A stretch of DNA of 64,000 nt from Chara braunii (Eukaryota > Plantae > Charophyceae), in assembly GCA_003427395.1 (NCBI GenBank), contig BFEA01000030.1:4247321-4311320 (forward strand), given 5' to 3'. Shown here piece after piece: positions 1-13,470 of this stretch. Positions within the stretch are counted from its first letter, which is position 1. Each line of letters begins with the position of its first letter. The translations under genes were made by a program, and so were the position numbers. The notes under the pieces were generated by a model. That model had not been told where the DNA came from and did no database searches. It worked only from the letters and a program-made list of their open reading frames with translations.

Positions 1-3000
1 GCCCGAAAGGGAAAGGAAAAGCCATAATGGAGGAAGGAGCCCCCTTGAGGCAATTCGAGGCAGGGGAGAGTTCCAAGAAAAGGAAAAGAATAGAGAAGAG
101 AAAGGTCAAAGGGTTANCTTTAGGAAGAGAGAAGAGATGGTTATTCGTGCTCAAGCGAGCTAGACGGAGAGTTCGCGTTAGACGTACTNGCGGGTCGACA
201 CCCTTCTCGGGGCAAAGACAGAAGAAAAAGAGGATCATGCCGGGGCCAAAAACCAGAAGAAACAGGAGAGTCAAGAAGCATCTTCTTAGCCCCAGGACTC
301 ATAACAAATTGAAACATAAGACAATTGAACGCCGACATGGGCGTTCTTTATGGGCCATCACCCTGAAGCTCATCCGCTTCGTCTGACGCAAGTTGCTAGG
401 GCTCGACGGGGGCGTCGATAAGTGGTCCGGGCTAACTGTCAGGCGGCCACAAGCAGTGCGCCGCCTGAAATCTACGGTTTTGTGACTTAGGCGCAAAGAC
501 GAGTCTGAGTTTTGACGGTAATCTGGTTAGACCAGGTAGCGAAAATTAGGGGAGCTCAGGGCGCCCTTGATTTTGAGCGCGCTGAACCTTACGGGTAACC
601 CTCAAAGATGGCGAGATGGGTGGTCGCACTCAGCACATCAACGGACTGTCATTTCCGGCCATCCAGAGGGTTAGACCTGGATTGGCCTGCCTCGGAGAGG
701 CATCGCGGGAACTGACCTCGCAGCCACATTTTTTGCGGCATACGACCGACGCCGAAATGAGGCCTCAAATTTTTGTCTATTTTCGTACCATAATTAAAGA
801 TGGGGAAAAGGGATTACGACCAGTAGGGGAGAAGGAAAAAACATAATATCCCTTAATTTCTTTATTTTTTACGGCATTTAATTCAAGGGGGAATACCCTT
901 GTTATTTTGTGTTTCCGGCAATGAAATTAAGAACATAGAAAAATATTAAAAATTGTAAAAAAAAAAAGAAACAAAAGAAATTCGACCATTTATTTAAATT
1001 TTCTCGGAATTTAATTCTGGGGAACTTGCAGTTAATTTACTATTTCCGACAATAGAATTAAGGAAAGGGGAGAATGATAAAAAACGATGAAAGGGACGGA
1101 AACCCATGACCATTGGGAGATTGGCCTGATTTCGTCTCGATTACCCGCCATCAGCTCTGACTCCGGATTGATCATTTTCCCCGGATTTTAACAAGTTAAC
1201 ACTACTGCCGATGGTCGAGATTCCCTGCGACGCTTTCCCTGGTGTGCTTGATTACTAACATTACCGCAGTTGGGATGTTCTGAGAGCGGGAGTCGCATGG
1301 ACAGCATGGGGTGGTGCTGCCTTGGGTCGACTATGGTGTTTGGTTCGGTACGGACATGAGGGTCGTTACGGAGTGGCTACGTCCTACGGTGTTTGACGTG
1401 CTTCAGGTACGGTATGGGCCCGGTGATAGCTGTCTCACTACGGTGAATTATTTTCAGGTTTGGGAAAGCTGCAGTGATTTATTCTCAGGACCGGGGTCAC
1501 TACGACAGTTATTCCAGGCGGCAGTTTGTTTTCAGGTCCGGAAATGTTGCGGCACTCTATATCAGGTTCGGGACAGGTTATCATGGCATGATTGTACGGG
1601 TTCGGCATCCGCATGGCACAACAGCCCGGTACTGGATTTCGGGTTTGGTCAGGTTCGGTGGCATCGCGGTGTTTCGTTTCAGGTTCGACGCCCTCACGAN
1701 AGTTTATTTNGGAACCTCTGCGNTGATTTATTTTCAGGTCCAGGATCATTCCGACGGTTTACNTCAGGTTCNGTACTATTACCGCGCCGCTGCATCTTGC
1801 CGTGTTCGACATGTTTCAGGCACGGTATTGGTTCGGCATTGGCGTGGTACACGCCACANCATCATTTTCAGACTTGGTACTGGATCGGTATCNACACGGC
1901 GCGAGGCACGGGATCCCCGGATGGTTATATCAGGTTCGGCTTCGGTATGGTAAGAATTACAACAAGCCTGACTGAGTGATCCGGGTTTGACATTGACAGG
2001 TANGGATTGCTGAGATATAACGTNGAGACAAGTTCTAGTTGGCTAGTTCAAGGTTCGGAATTGGTATGGTGACGCCGCAACTTGTTCCATGGGACACCGC
2101 AACGGGGTACCACTNTTTTCGTGTGTGTACTAGCCTGGGACACTTACGCGCNCTGNTCNAGCGATCGNTCGGAGATTGCCACATTTGCTCCGGTTCTATG
2201 GGACTTGGTACCGTCGAACTGCCGGTATACGGGTAGTATGGCCAGCGGCAGATAGAAGTGTTAACCTTTAGACATATGCAGACTAAGGGGGGNCACTACG
2301 GGTCTAAGTGCTTAGTCGCTCAGATATCACTGACCCGCTAAAGCCCGTGGCAAGGAGGGGGATGTACGGGACTATCTCGGCTCAGAACCATTGCGAAACT
2401 NGTCGGAGCTGTCTACGCCAGTGGGCTGGAGCTGGTGCCTGGNTACTGTGGACGNCGAGCCTGTGAGACCGGTACCACTGTTTTCTTTTTCCTCCGTGGC
2501 GCGGCGGACTATTTTCTGCACACTTGCACTCCGAGAAGGCCCTGGTCGGTCAGACCATGGGACTGAAGGGGATATAGGGGAGAACAGTGAAGGGAATGNC
2601 ANTGCATGCCAGGTGTGCCCGACGTAAAGCAGATGCAGAGTGGGAGACGANCTGGAGGCGGAGACGCGACGACACTCAGGCGGTTACTTGCGAGTGAGAG
2701 ACTGAGTGAGAGGGACACAGAGCCAGGCGTTCGCAGCCTTTGCGAGCGAGTGAGCACAGACATGCTCGTTGACTAGAAGATGCGATGGAAGGGACTTGGG
2801 TCAGGACGAGAAGAGGAGGCGTGCATAGTGTACCACGCTTATAGGTCGATTCAGATATGCCTGTTAGGAAGGAGAACGACAACTAAGGCGAGACGGGCTG
2901 GAGACAGCGTGCCCTTTGTAGGCGACGTTAGGCTCTTCGACAGGACAGAGCTGGGCCACTCATGCCACGCTCACCGAACTCAGCTACTGTCGCAGTTTGA

Positions 3001-5164
3001 GTTACAGACTATTGATGGTAGGAGCCCCTAAGGAGAGTGGGCAGTGCACTCGGCGCTGTTGCATGGGATCGCCCTTGATAGATAATGGTGGACAACAAAT
3101 ATGAGTGGGAGCTTCGTTCACGCCTGTTTGTTCAAGCCAGCCAGCTGCAGTCAAGACGGGAGATGGGCGGAGTATGAGAAGAGACCAAGGGAGTAGAATA
3201 GGCATCGTCTGAGAAGTGACTGCCAACTTGGTGTTGTTATCACGTGGGCCATTTAGGAGAGGTAGGAGCCGAAGCAGGCANGGGTGAGCAGGNTCCTAGA
3301 TCGAATGAGGACATACGATTCCACTTAAGTCGGGGCGAGNGAGGGGCTCNGACTCGAAGACGGAACAGCGAAAAGAGTAGATGGGCGNGGCGTCGAACAT
3401 GTGAAGTGGTATCGAATTTCGCGCTACTCCCTNCGCAGCTCAACTGAAGCTTCCTCAATCTGAAGGGAAGGGACGTGGGTTTCTGTGCGTTGCACCCCCA
3501 CAATTTTCNGCTGGTCTCACCAAGTTTCCACTTCCCCTTCCACNACGGTGCGGGCGAGGGCAGTTGATCGAGGTCAAGTCCNGGNNGAAGAAGTTGTTNA
3601 CGGTATGGTATCCCTCGACGAGTCGCGAGGTCAAACTGAGANGAAAAGGTATGTGCTTATCTCCCGACGANTGATCTGAGGGGAGAACCTCGTTTNAGCG
3701 CTTCCCGGGTTAACATACCGTGGTGAGTGAGAGCGGGGGAAGAGAAGTCTGTGCTAATTACAATCGGTTCATCTCAAATGCACCCACCCGCTAAAAGTGG
3801 CCAGATACATCAGAAATGCCTCTAACTGAGAATGCTCGGGGATCANAGNAGGGAACAGCTGGCAGGTGGTGCTGAGAACAAAAGGGGTGAGAGATTGGGA
3901 GAGCAACGCCTGAAAATCTGGATGTTATTATTACTGTTACTTAAAATTAGGAACCTAGCTCTAGGGTGAGCTTAGGTGCATTCGGTTCGCTGCAATCATC
4001 CTGATGAACTGGTCCAGTAGCGGCAACCTCGCTTTTGGACGGGAGGGAGAAGCAATGCGAAGAGGAAACAAGGAAGAGACGGTGCGAAAAGAGAAGAATG
4101 GGGAAAGGCGAGAACGAACGGAGTGCNTGTGACGGAAGGGAAGTGTGGGTGTTGAGAGTGCACTAGCATTTCTCTTCGTGCGTCTACGGGAGACCANCTC
4201 TCGATATACTTGCTGGGCNTGAATGTCTGCGCACGAATGCCTNCTGACATAATTCTGAANAGGTGNTCATGTGGGCTTGCGTATGAAGCTACGGCGAAGC
4301 AGAGGGATATCTCCATTTACTTATTATTGAAATAGTGTGTTTAGTCCGCTAGCTGTGAGCATGGACAAGAGCGCCTATGAGAACGAAANCTATTGAGAGA
4401 GTATAGAAAGAAACGAGTGCATGGAAACGGNACTATGAGCGCTTGTAGGAGCGGGANGACTCTGAGAGGAGAGAACCGGGAAAGGAAGGGTCATACTTAT
4501 GCTTATTCATTATCTGAACTCCGTCAACTGTTGGCACGCTTGGACAATCAGAGTTCNGTCAGTGATTGGCTCATCTACNNAGTCTGAAANNGAGACAACT
4601 GTTCGCTTACTTTCATAATCAAAGTTCGCCCAGCGAATAGCCCATCTTCGTAGTNTGATATCAGGCCGGCTATTCGCTCTTTTTCGNAACTGAAATTCAA
4701 TTGGNGCACCTTGCAGAAACTCAATGATGAGGTGAAGTATCCTTCCATGTTCACGCTGAAGAATCATTCACATCTAGTCATTTGGTGGCTGGTCCAGCGG
4801 GATCGCGGCGTTTGTGCGCCACAACAGAGAGAGAGAAAGTGAGGGGGACTGATTGCACAGCAGGGCGAGAGAGTGAGAGAGACTGCGCAGGAACAGAGAG
4901 AGAGAGAGAGAAAGAAAATGAGGGGGGCACATCCAAGGTTGACTCGGGAAACTCACTGCTGCGTCCGTAGCTGATTTGCCAATTGACTGTCGAAACTCAC
5001 TGTTGCGTGAGCTCGCTGAACTGTTGATTAGCTATTGAACCAATTGGCTGTTGAAACTTAAGGTTGTATGAGCTTGTGGTATTACTAGTTGTCCGTTGAA
5101 CCCCCTTGCCTTGTGAAGTTGCTAAATTGCACAAAGAAAGAAAAATAAAATTGGAAGCGTGACA
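1..5164. mobile_element. Degenerate LTR-retroelement-like region, probably inserted into the adjacent LINE
   Basis: LINE coding sequence stops at an LTR-like terminus ...GCGTGACA (5164). A purine run followed by TG lies at ~2353-2364. Short TTCAGGT/TTCGG repeats occur at 1.4-2.1 kb, with many single N. No clear protein motif. Confidence 0.35.
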
Positions 5165-6362
5165 GGGCGCCGCAAGATTCGATTCCTGCTGGTCGCCGAG
5201 GACCTCGGAAGCGGGCGCGGCGGGTGACAGGCGTCGTTGCCCTTGGCTTCGGCGAACGGTAGGCGCCCCTCCCCGGGTTTCCTAACACCGTTCCATCCCG
5301 CCTATGTCGTGGTGGGCCCGGTATTGACCATGACCCGTTTGTTAGCCATGTGAGGGGATGGACCGGGGCGTCCGGGTGAGAGGGGGGGACCAAGTTTGAC
5401 AGTTGTATGTATGCCAGCGATATCCATGGAACGTCATTTGCTAGCAGAAGGCGGATAACAACTTTGAACATGAGGGCTTTGATCTCATCCCCTGGATCCC
5501 AGGATGCCTAGACCCCCCACCCTTTTCGGCTGGGCCACGTACTTCCATGCCACCCTTTTTAGACAGTTGGTCAAGTTATGATCGTTCCTCCATAGGTAGG
5601 CTGACAACGCTGAGCGCAATTGTGTGAGTTGAATTTTGGGGATCTCCCAAAATGCTGTTTTGTACCACAGCGTAGCTAGTATGGCATTATTTATTGCTAG
5701 CGCTCTCCCTACAAGTGATGTGTGCAGCCCATCCCAATTGGCTAGTTTTGGAGCGCAATTTGGACCAAGACTTGACCGTGATCCTTTGGGGGGCCAAGGG
5801 CTGTCAGGCGGACCCCTAAAACTCTGATGGCCTCGTCTCTTGGTTTCCAACTGACCTGAGGGTGTTGCGGCGGGAGGGAGTTCTGCGGCGATAGCCACCA
5901 CCCTTCTGTCTTAGTCCCCCAATTAACCTTCATGTCTGCCGCCACTTCGAAGGTGTGGATAGTTTCTGTAAGCGCTTTGAGGGATGCGGCTGTGGCTTTA
6001 ATAAGAACTGTGAGGTCATCAACAAATAGAGATGTAATAGGGACCATATGGGGGCGCAATTCTGGAATATCTATACGTTCTATCGCAGGGTTGGCCCTAA
6101 TCATTGCTGCCAGTGTCTCCATTACGAGCACGAAGAGGAGGGGAGCCACCGGGTCACCTTGGCGGACCGACCGTTGGAGTGCAAATGGGGGAGACAAATG
6201 ACCATTAACCATAATGTTTGTGGCAGCAGATTTGTGCATTATGGTGATCCATGCCCTGAATCCCGCTCCAAAGTTCATTTTCTCCAGACAACAACCCAGA
6301 AAATCCCAATCCACCTGGTCGTATGCCTTCTCAAAGTCTATAAATAGAACCGCCGCCTCCTT
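5165..6362 (-). pseudogene. L1/Tx1-clade LINE ORF2 fragment (RT domain), frameshifted, truncated at both ends
   Basis: Motifs DFEKAYDQVDWDFL, RQGDPVAPLLF, FVDD, HTSLVGRALAINN and GGLGIL spread over ORFs 5742-6314, 5485-5901 and 5085-5471. Confidence 0.9.
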
Positions 6363-6388
6363 TCGACAGGGGAGGAGTTCTTCCGTAC

Positions 6389-8520
6389 TTAAGAAGGGAT
6401 TTCTGAGAGGGAGAGGGCATGGGGCGGGAAAGGATCAGGAAAGTCCGAGGGGGGGCGAAATGGGAACGAGGCTTCTATGTGTGTCAAATCCTTTAAGATT
6501 AGACGATAGTTTCTTATTTCATCCAAGACCCGTTTTTCTTCCCCCTTATCTCCACTCCATTCCACTTTTGCGATCCAACCTTCTCTCTCCCCGCCTACCC
6601 ATTCTGTACAAAAGGCGGAAATCTGTCTCCTAACATCACCTTTTTGCTTAAAGACATCTAACTGCGCTTTTGTATCCAGCCACCTCAAAGTCTGTGTGAG
6701 TTCAAAGTGCACCTATTGTTGTATCTGCTCAGTAATCTCCGGCCCTTCTACTCTCACCTTCTCCATTACTAGTGTGCATCTCTGCCACCAAAGTGCCCAT
6801 ACCACTACCCTTCTTCCACTTCGGAACATATTTTCTACAAAGGTCGTGGCCGTCTCCGTCAGTGGCCAGTGGCAGGCCAAAATGGCTTGCCAGGACCAGG
6901 GCCAGGGGACTGCATGTACCATTTTTCTCCATATGCGGTCCCACCATCTCCAAATAAACTGGGCAATCGGACATTGCATGAAGATGTGTTCAATAGTTTC
7001 CACCTTTTTTGAGAAGGGAAAGAGACTCTGACACCTTTGGCACCACGGGAGTAGCTTACCTTATTGTTCTAAACTGGTACGGTCCGTCCACCAGTTATTG
7101 GTTGGCAGACAGCGATGGATATCCTGCCATTGCAGGGAGGTGATTTTCATGGGTTTGTTTTTTTGTTCTTTGAACCATTTGATCAGTAGGAGGAGGGAGC
7201 GGTCCACATTTAGGTGTTTAGCCCACCGGTCGTTGATTGTGTCTCTCAGCCTCCTTTTGGGTCGGAGCATCTTGTAGGTTGATTTGATCGACAGTTGGAA
7301 TAGGCTGATCTGGCCTCCCTTCCCATGGGGAAGTTTCCATGTCCATTCTGTTGGGTCCAAAACCAGATCCTGGATTGGTTTGGTCGGCTGGAAGACCACC
7401 TTCTGTCCCTTTTGTTCTACGACTCTCACCCGGTATACTGATGTTTTCTCTTTCCATTCGAAAGGAGCTTTGTTGTCATGAAGAGCCTTGGATCTAGTGG
7501 TGGAGTAATGTTCGACCAGGACCGTCTGTGGGGAGACCATATGTATCAGGCCTATCCTTGGAGGGTGTTCTGTATCGGCTACCCAGTCGCCCTCCTTTAA
7601 GAGGGGGCCCTGTCTAAGGATTTGGTACCATGCCAACGAAATAGCCTCAATTAGGTCATCCAGAGACTCTTCTATATGGTGGCAATATCATAATGTGTCT
7701 CGCATGTGGTTTCCTGATTTCCAGTCTCTTCAGTCATTATCCCAGAGGTCCCCAAACTTGAGCACCCCTCGCTTGACCCAACTTTTCCAAGCGAAGAGAA
7801 ACTCACCATGACACAGCCTCTCGAATCAGTCACCCATCGATTTTCGAAGAGGGGTTGTCGATAGACTTCCTCCCATCGGGTCGGGTAGATCCTGTCCGGG
7901 AGCGGAAGTTTGCGCCATGTTTCTAGCAGGGATGGCCATAAGTTGTCAATTGTCTGACCTTCGTTGTTCACAAAACCCCTTCCTTGGGGGAGCTTTTGCG
8001 AGGTTGTCCAGAACCGGTCTTCCAGCCATGTGAAGGGGTGTCTTGTTTGGGGGGTCTCAGGGGCCAAATGGGACAAGTGCTCCAGGGCTAAAACACACCA
8101 CGGGCATTCGGGAGAGAAAATAAGCTTTTTGATCAATTTCAGCCGTAGCGCTTGCAGCTGTGGCTGGGTCAATTATTCCCAAGCCTCCCCCAGACTTTGG
8201 TTGAATAATCGAGTCCCATGCCACACGGCTTATTACATTGTTCTGATCACCGTTACCTCTCCATAGGAAAGCTGCTGCCTTTTTCCTTAAGCTTCGCAAA
8301 GCTGTTTTACTTAGTGGCCACAACAACGATTTGTACCATAGTGCCGCGAAGACCACATTGTTGAGGACTAAGGCTCTACCGAAAAGGGATGTGTGTTTGT
8401 TATTCCAGTTATTTAATCTTTGGTGTGCCGGGGCGTAGATCCATTCGTCATTTGGGGGTGGGCGCCCCTCTGCGGTCATGGATATCCCTAAGATCCTAAC
8501 CGGGGTCTCCAAGGACATCC
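6389..8520 (-). pseudogene. Second L1/Tx1-clade LINE ORF2 fragment (post-RT region and zf-RVT-like finger), frameshifted
   Basis: HTSLFGRALVLNN, VAWDSIIQPKSGGGLGIIDP, QPLFEN, ETIEHIFMQCP, WALWWQRC. Confidence 0.88.
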
Positions 8521-8949
8521 ATTTTATGTGCGGTGATTCTGGAGAGCGACCCCCTTATCACCTCCTGACTCGAAGTTTTCTATCCTACCTCACCCAACTA
8601 TCAATCCAAGGCTCGGACAGCCGGTAGCCTGATCATTCCCGAGCCTCGGACAACCGGTAGTACATCACGGAAAAAGAAAAAAAAGAAAAAAACACAAAAA
8701 AACATACAACATTTTGATTAAAAAAAAAGAGGAAACTGCTCCAGTGTCACACTTTCAGTTTGAAATAGGCAGGAAAAACACCACGTCGCAATTTCAACAT
8801 CAGAGATGTTCAAAACGGCGAAAAAAACTATACGTGGCAGCCCTATCAGCGCTGTAGTTCGTTAGAGGCAAACACAGTAGAAAAACAGGGTCCCGCACAG
8901 CGAACTACCGGGACCTTAGTAGACCTACCAACCGGGACCTTTGTGGAGC

Positions 8950-9205
8950 ACCAGGACCTGTGGACAGAGTAGCACAGAGTGGAGTTTTCTCGACCCCTGT
9001 ATCTGGACGTGTTTGTGGATATGAGAGGTTGAGGAAATACAACCCAAGTTTCTGCATACCTTCACCAGCACGTCCAGATTCGCGTGTAGAGAAAACTCGA
9101 CACTGTTGGTGGGACTTGGCACAGCCCGTAGAGAGGGTGCAGGTTCTCTTCATGGACCGCGCGGGCTAATTTGAAACCGGGCCCGAAATTGTCCCGCGCA
9201 GACGT

Positions 9206-9282
<77 letters not shown>

Positions 9283-9402
9283 CAGTGTGACCATTGTCAT
9301 GTTGCCTGTACCCCTATACATGCCATCTTTCCTGTCGGGTACAGGCAACATGAGGGTCCCCGACATGCCTGTGTACCGGTGCAAATTTGTCCCACACGGA
9401 CG

Positions 9403-9474
<72 letters not shown>

Positions 9475-9687
9475 TAGCCTAGTACGGTGACCCTTATTCT
9501 GCCTGTACCGGACCCGGAACATAGGTTGTATACATTCATTATTCAGGTGCCATATGGGGGGGAGGACGGTAGTCCCTGATAATGAATGTATAGAAGCCAT
9601 CTTTCCGGTCAGGTACAGGCAAAACGAGGGTCATTGACATAGCAACCATGTGCGTTATGTTGGGGGAGGATGGTAGCTACGGATGCC

Positions 9688-9748
<61 letters not shown>

Positions 9749-9749
9749 N

Positions 9750-9837
<88 letters not shown>

Positions 9838-10145
9838 CTCCCTCCGGCGCGGACAAATTTGCCCCCTGTTTCGAGTTCGCCCATGCAGCCCACCAGTAAT
9901 GGAATTTGCAACCTGTTTGCACGGGCTTCATAGCACTGGATGCCAAGTCCCACCAGCAGCTTCGTGCTTTCTCGACGCTCGAAGCTGGACGTGTGGGTGC
10001 AGAAGTGCAGAAAAAAAATGACATTGAATTTCTTCAACCCCACATCTCCACAAACACGTCCAGATGAGGGCGTTGAGAAAACTATATGCTACTTGTGGAA
10101 CGTGGCCCCGTGGCGGCGGTGGGTGCTACTCTGTCCTCGGACCCT
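8950..10145. mobile_element. Foldback/MITE-like element with long diverged inverted arms enclosing (GA)n/(CA)n microsatellites
   Basis: ~8960-9200 is an imperfect reverse complement of ~9845-10140 (GGACAGAGTAGCAC / GTGCTACTCTGTCC; ATCTGGACGTGTTTGTGGA / TCCACAAACACGTCCAGAT). Ends not resolved. Confidence 0.6.
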
Positions 10146-10442
10146 TTATCCCAACTGAGATGGACCGCCTTGGTACCTGGTCCTCAAAATGAGGAAACTG
10201 CCCCTTTCTGTTTTTTTTTTTTTTTTTTCCTTAGGAAACTGCCCCTTTCTAACTTGTCATGTGTAGGGAGCACCGCCTGATGTTTTTTTTTGCCTTTATG
10301 AACTGGGAAGGACAGGAACCTGCCGAACTGTGTTTTTTTTGCCCTTTCTGAACTACAGGTGTGACACAGGAGTACTTCGCCCAAAAAAAAAAAAGCCATG
10401 GAAATCAGACATGCCCAACGAGAATGAAATCTGGGAGGTTCA

Positions 10443-10480
<38 letters not shown>

Positions 10481-10485
<5 letters not shown>

Positions 10486-11490
10486 AGGCAGTAAGGAAGA
10501 ACTGCGGCCAAACAGCTCTCGTGGCAAGATAGTGAGTAGTCAACTGACATAGCAACCAGAATGCAAGTTCAGAGCGAAGCTCAAACTCGAAAAAACTGAT
10601 AAAATCNGAATGCAAGTTCAGAGATAAGCACGAAGCACAGATAGCTCAAACTCGAAAATTGATTCAGATGCCAGAAAACATACACACACATCGTCACCAC
10701 CATAGCGCAGCACTAGTGGAATCCCCCAACCGGTTTCGCCCGTACCACTATACGGGTCTCCTCAGGAGGGTGAACTCAGCAGAGTTCGTGTGCCAAAAAG
10801 GGAGCTACTGGCCTTGCTCCCCCTAGTATATATAGCTCATAGTAGCTCATAACTGACGTCGTGCTCTATCAAAGTTCCCTTCCTATCCTTCCGCCTCAAG
10901 AGTCTGGTGAGTGGGCCCACAAGAAGCAAATATAGTAGCGCGCAGGTCGCCGATCTTCCGTATCGGTCGAAAACTCGAAACGTCGGTTTTTTTTTCTCCC
11001 CAGGTACTCATGCTGGTACCTGTCCGATTACCGGGTCCGGTTCCTAGACAAAATACAGAACACATTATCATACTCCTATTCTATCATCTACTGCACCCGG
11101 CATGCCTAGTGGTCCGGTGCATTCTCGAACTAATTCTTATTTCAAAATCCTATAACCGACTATTACACCCGGCATGCCTAGTGGTCCGGTGTATATCTCC
11201 GAAGTCTGTATAAAAACACAAAATCCAGGTCGGTACACCCTGGGAGTACTGACAGAACGTTCGAGCGACCAAGAAAATAAACAATTGAATAAATAGATAA
11301 ATAAATAAATGGCTGACTAACGAACTAGTGTACCTCCGGGCACTGCACCCCTGTCGATTGCCCGGGTTCTTCCGAATTATTTTTCAACCCATCATCCGCT
11401 GTATCTGGTTGGCATACTTCATCAGATTCAGCAGTCTCCACAGTTCCGGGTCATTCGCAGCCTTGGCCAAATTGGCCAGGGCGCCGAGAG
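10481..11490 (-). repeat. 3' pseudo-LTR of the Penelope-like element
   Basis: Near-identical to 16492-17490 and overlaps the RT ORF end (stop at 11384). Confidence 0.92.
10723..10770 (-). ncRNA. Minimal type I hammerhead ribozyme in pseudo-LTR
   Basis: Minus strand reads ccctc-CTGAGGA-gacccgta tagtgg tacgggc-GAAAC-cg-GTT-ggggg: core boxes, helix II, short palindromic helix III and helix I. Confidence 0.8.
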
Positions 11491-13470
11491 AGACCTCCGG
11501 GGGGTAGCCCCGGAGGTTTGCTTCGATTATAGCGCAAGTCACGGCGCCCGTCACCAGTGGAGTACTTGTAGTGTGTTCCCACAGTCTCCTGATTGTTGCC
11601 GTGAGAGTGGCCTTCTTCACGTTCTTTGCGGAATACGAATTGAAGTCCTGCATCGTCTGGTATTTCAGTCTTCCAGACTGCGTAAGCGAGTCTGTGTTCT
11701 TCGTGTGCGGTACAAAGTGCAAGCTAAGTGGTGTGTTGCAGAGGAACATCTCACCACCTATAAACTGTCAGGTTAGGCTGCATTCGTCCTTCTGGATAAT
11801 TTCCAGGTTGGAATCATAAATTTCTTCAAACATCTTGAAGAAGTTCTCGGGGTAATTTTCGTCCGGGATCGCCTCAGGTAAGCCCGCCACCACGGAGATA
11901 TCGTCCATAATTCTCCACCCGCTTACCAATCTTCTGTCGAGGCCGAGTCCCTTGAGGAACTGGAGTTCGGCCATAGCACACGTGATCGATGCCAAGATAG
12001 GGCTAGTGGACTTCCCCATCGGAATTCCGAATACTTGCCTCATCAACTTGTTCCCGCACCTGACAATCGAGTGTTGGAGATCGTACCTGACCCCTACTAA
12101 CAGCTGTCGGAAGTCTATGCTAACATAACCCTCAGTTTTCCTCTTGGTTTTGCTGATCGTACAGTCTTTTGCTCTGAAAGAAACCTTAACCGTCCTCCAT
12201 CCCGCATTCTCGAATAAACATAGGAGCCTTTCTACCGCGTTCATCACAGCGTTATGTGGGATCCGTGAGAACATTTGTTTAATATCATAGCATCTGCCCA
12301 CTACTCGATTGCAGCCCAGTGTGCTCAACCTCTGGGTAGTCGCTAACATACGATCACGCAGCTCTGCCACCGAGTTGAGAAAGAAGGTATCTCATGCCGA
12401 CAATCTTATCAGCAGGTAGTGCAGCGCTCGGGCCACTCTTCTTTGTGCTACCGCTGCGGGATCCGAAGGAGATGGCGCGATAGGCCGCCATCTCCCCAGA
12501 TCCTTATGCTTCGGAATAACGTAAGCCGTTCCCATTCTGCCACCCGGTCTCCATGGTCCGAGCTTCCGAAGCCCAATGTCGATAAAGTCTTTCTTGCTTT
12601 TCGCCATGTTCGCCGGCTCATCTTCCCCCGTTCCAACTGCCTCGTAGTTGGTATTCCAAAGAAATACCTTTCCGAAAGCATGTCTATAAATGACCGGGCA
12701 GATTAAAGTCGTATCTCCTTGATTCCGGTCAATCGGTGTCATCACCAGATCCTCAAACTGCGAAGCCCACGTCTTCACTTCATCTGTCGTCCAAGCGGTT
12801 GACTGATGGCGCCTACCGTCGTATGCATCCTCCGGTACAGTTAACACCGGAGTAGTGCCGCCCAGGAATCTAGTAGCCTCCTGAACGGCCCTCATCAGGG
12901 CATGAGGTTCTGCTCTTCTAGCCGCCGGTCTCGTAATGTTCTTCGAGTTTTTCACGAAGCTTGGTGCGTGCGGTAGTTCCGATAGTCTGGTCACCACGTG
13001 CCCATCGCATCTTGGCAGATTGAGGTCCCGACATCTGCAAACCTGCACATTATCGGATGCAAATCTCTTCTGGTTGTGCAACACCTCACCTACCGTCCTA
13101 TTTCTCGTCCAAATTATGCGGATCCTGGTTCTCAGGAACTTAGCCACCGCTCTATCGGTCACCCTTGCCTCAATCACGTCCTCTGCCATCTTGCGTATGC
13201 TGCTCTTCTTAATGCATGAGTCGAAGCGCAGTTTCACGTTAATCCTCTTCCTCACACCGACCCCTGCCTTGCACCGAATGGCCTTGTCGATCTTCATCCT
13301 CAGCGAAAGCTTGGTCTTCTTCTCCGCAAAGAGTCCTGCTGTTCGATACAAGCCCACTAACTTATTAGTGGTAAGGTTAGCCAACTGAGATGTCGGTCGA
13401 GGTCTACGTAGTAGCTCTGCTAGCATTTGCTTATGCTTCTCGGTGGTGGTCTTGGTTTTTACAACTTCGA
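11384..13470 (-). pseudogene. Penelope-type reverse transcriptase with two in-frame stops
   Basis: ORFs 12392-13426, 11768-12370 and 11384-11749 share a frame. Motifs PIDRN, YVIPKHKDLGRWRPI, YDIKQMFSRIPH, GIPMGKSTSPILA, RIMDD, plus an upstream CRC..C.GH motif. Confidence 0.9.

Noticed and set aside
1311-1979. 222-aa ORF as a host gene
   Set aside because: Built from short degenerate repeats with ambiguous bases and no recognisable domain.
9166-10043. ORFs with SLSL/RERE/CVCV runs, and long ORFs with X runs elsewhere
   Set aside because: These are translations of microsatellites or N gaps.
11768-12394. In-frame TGA codons in the Penelope-like RT read as selenocysteine, as reported for some Naiad elements
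   Set aside because: The contexts (LSA*DTF, SLT*QFI) fit CGA or TGG mutations, the element also has frameshifts, and I see no SECIS. A consensus retaining TGA would reopen this.
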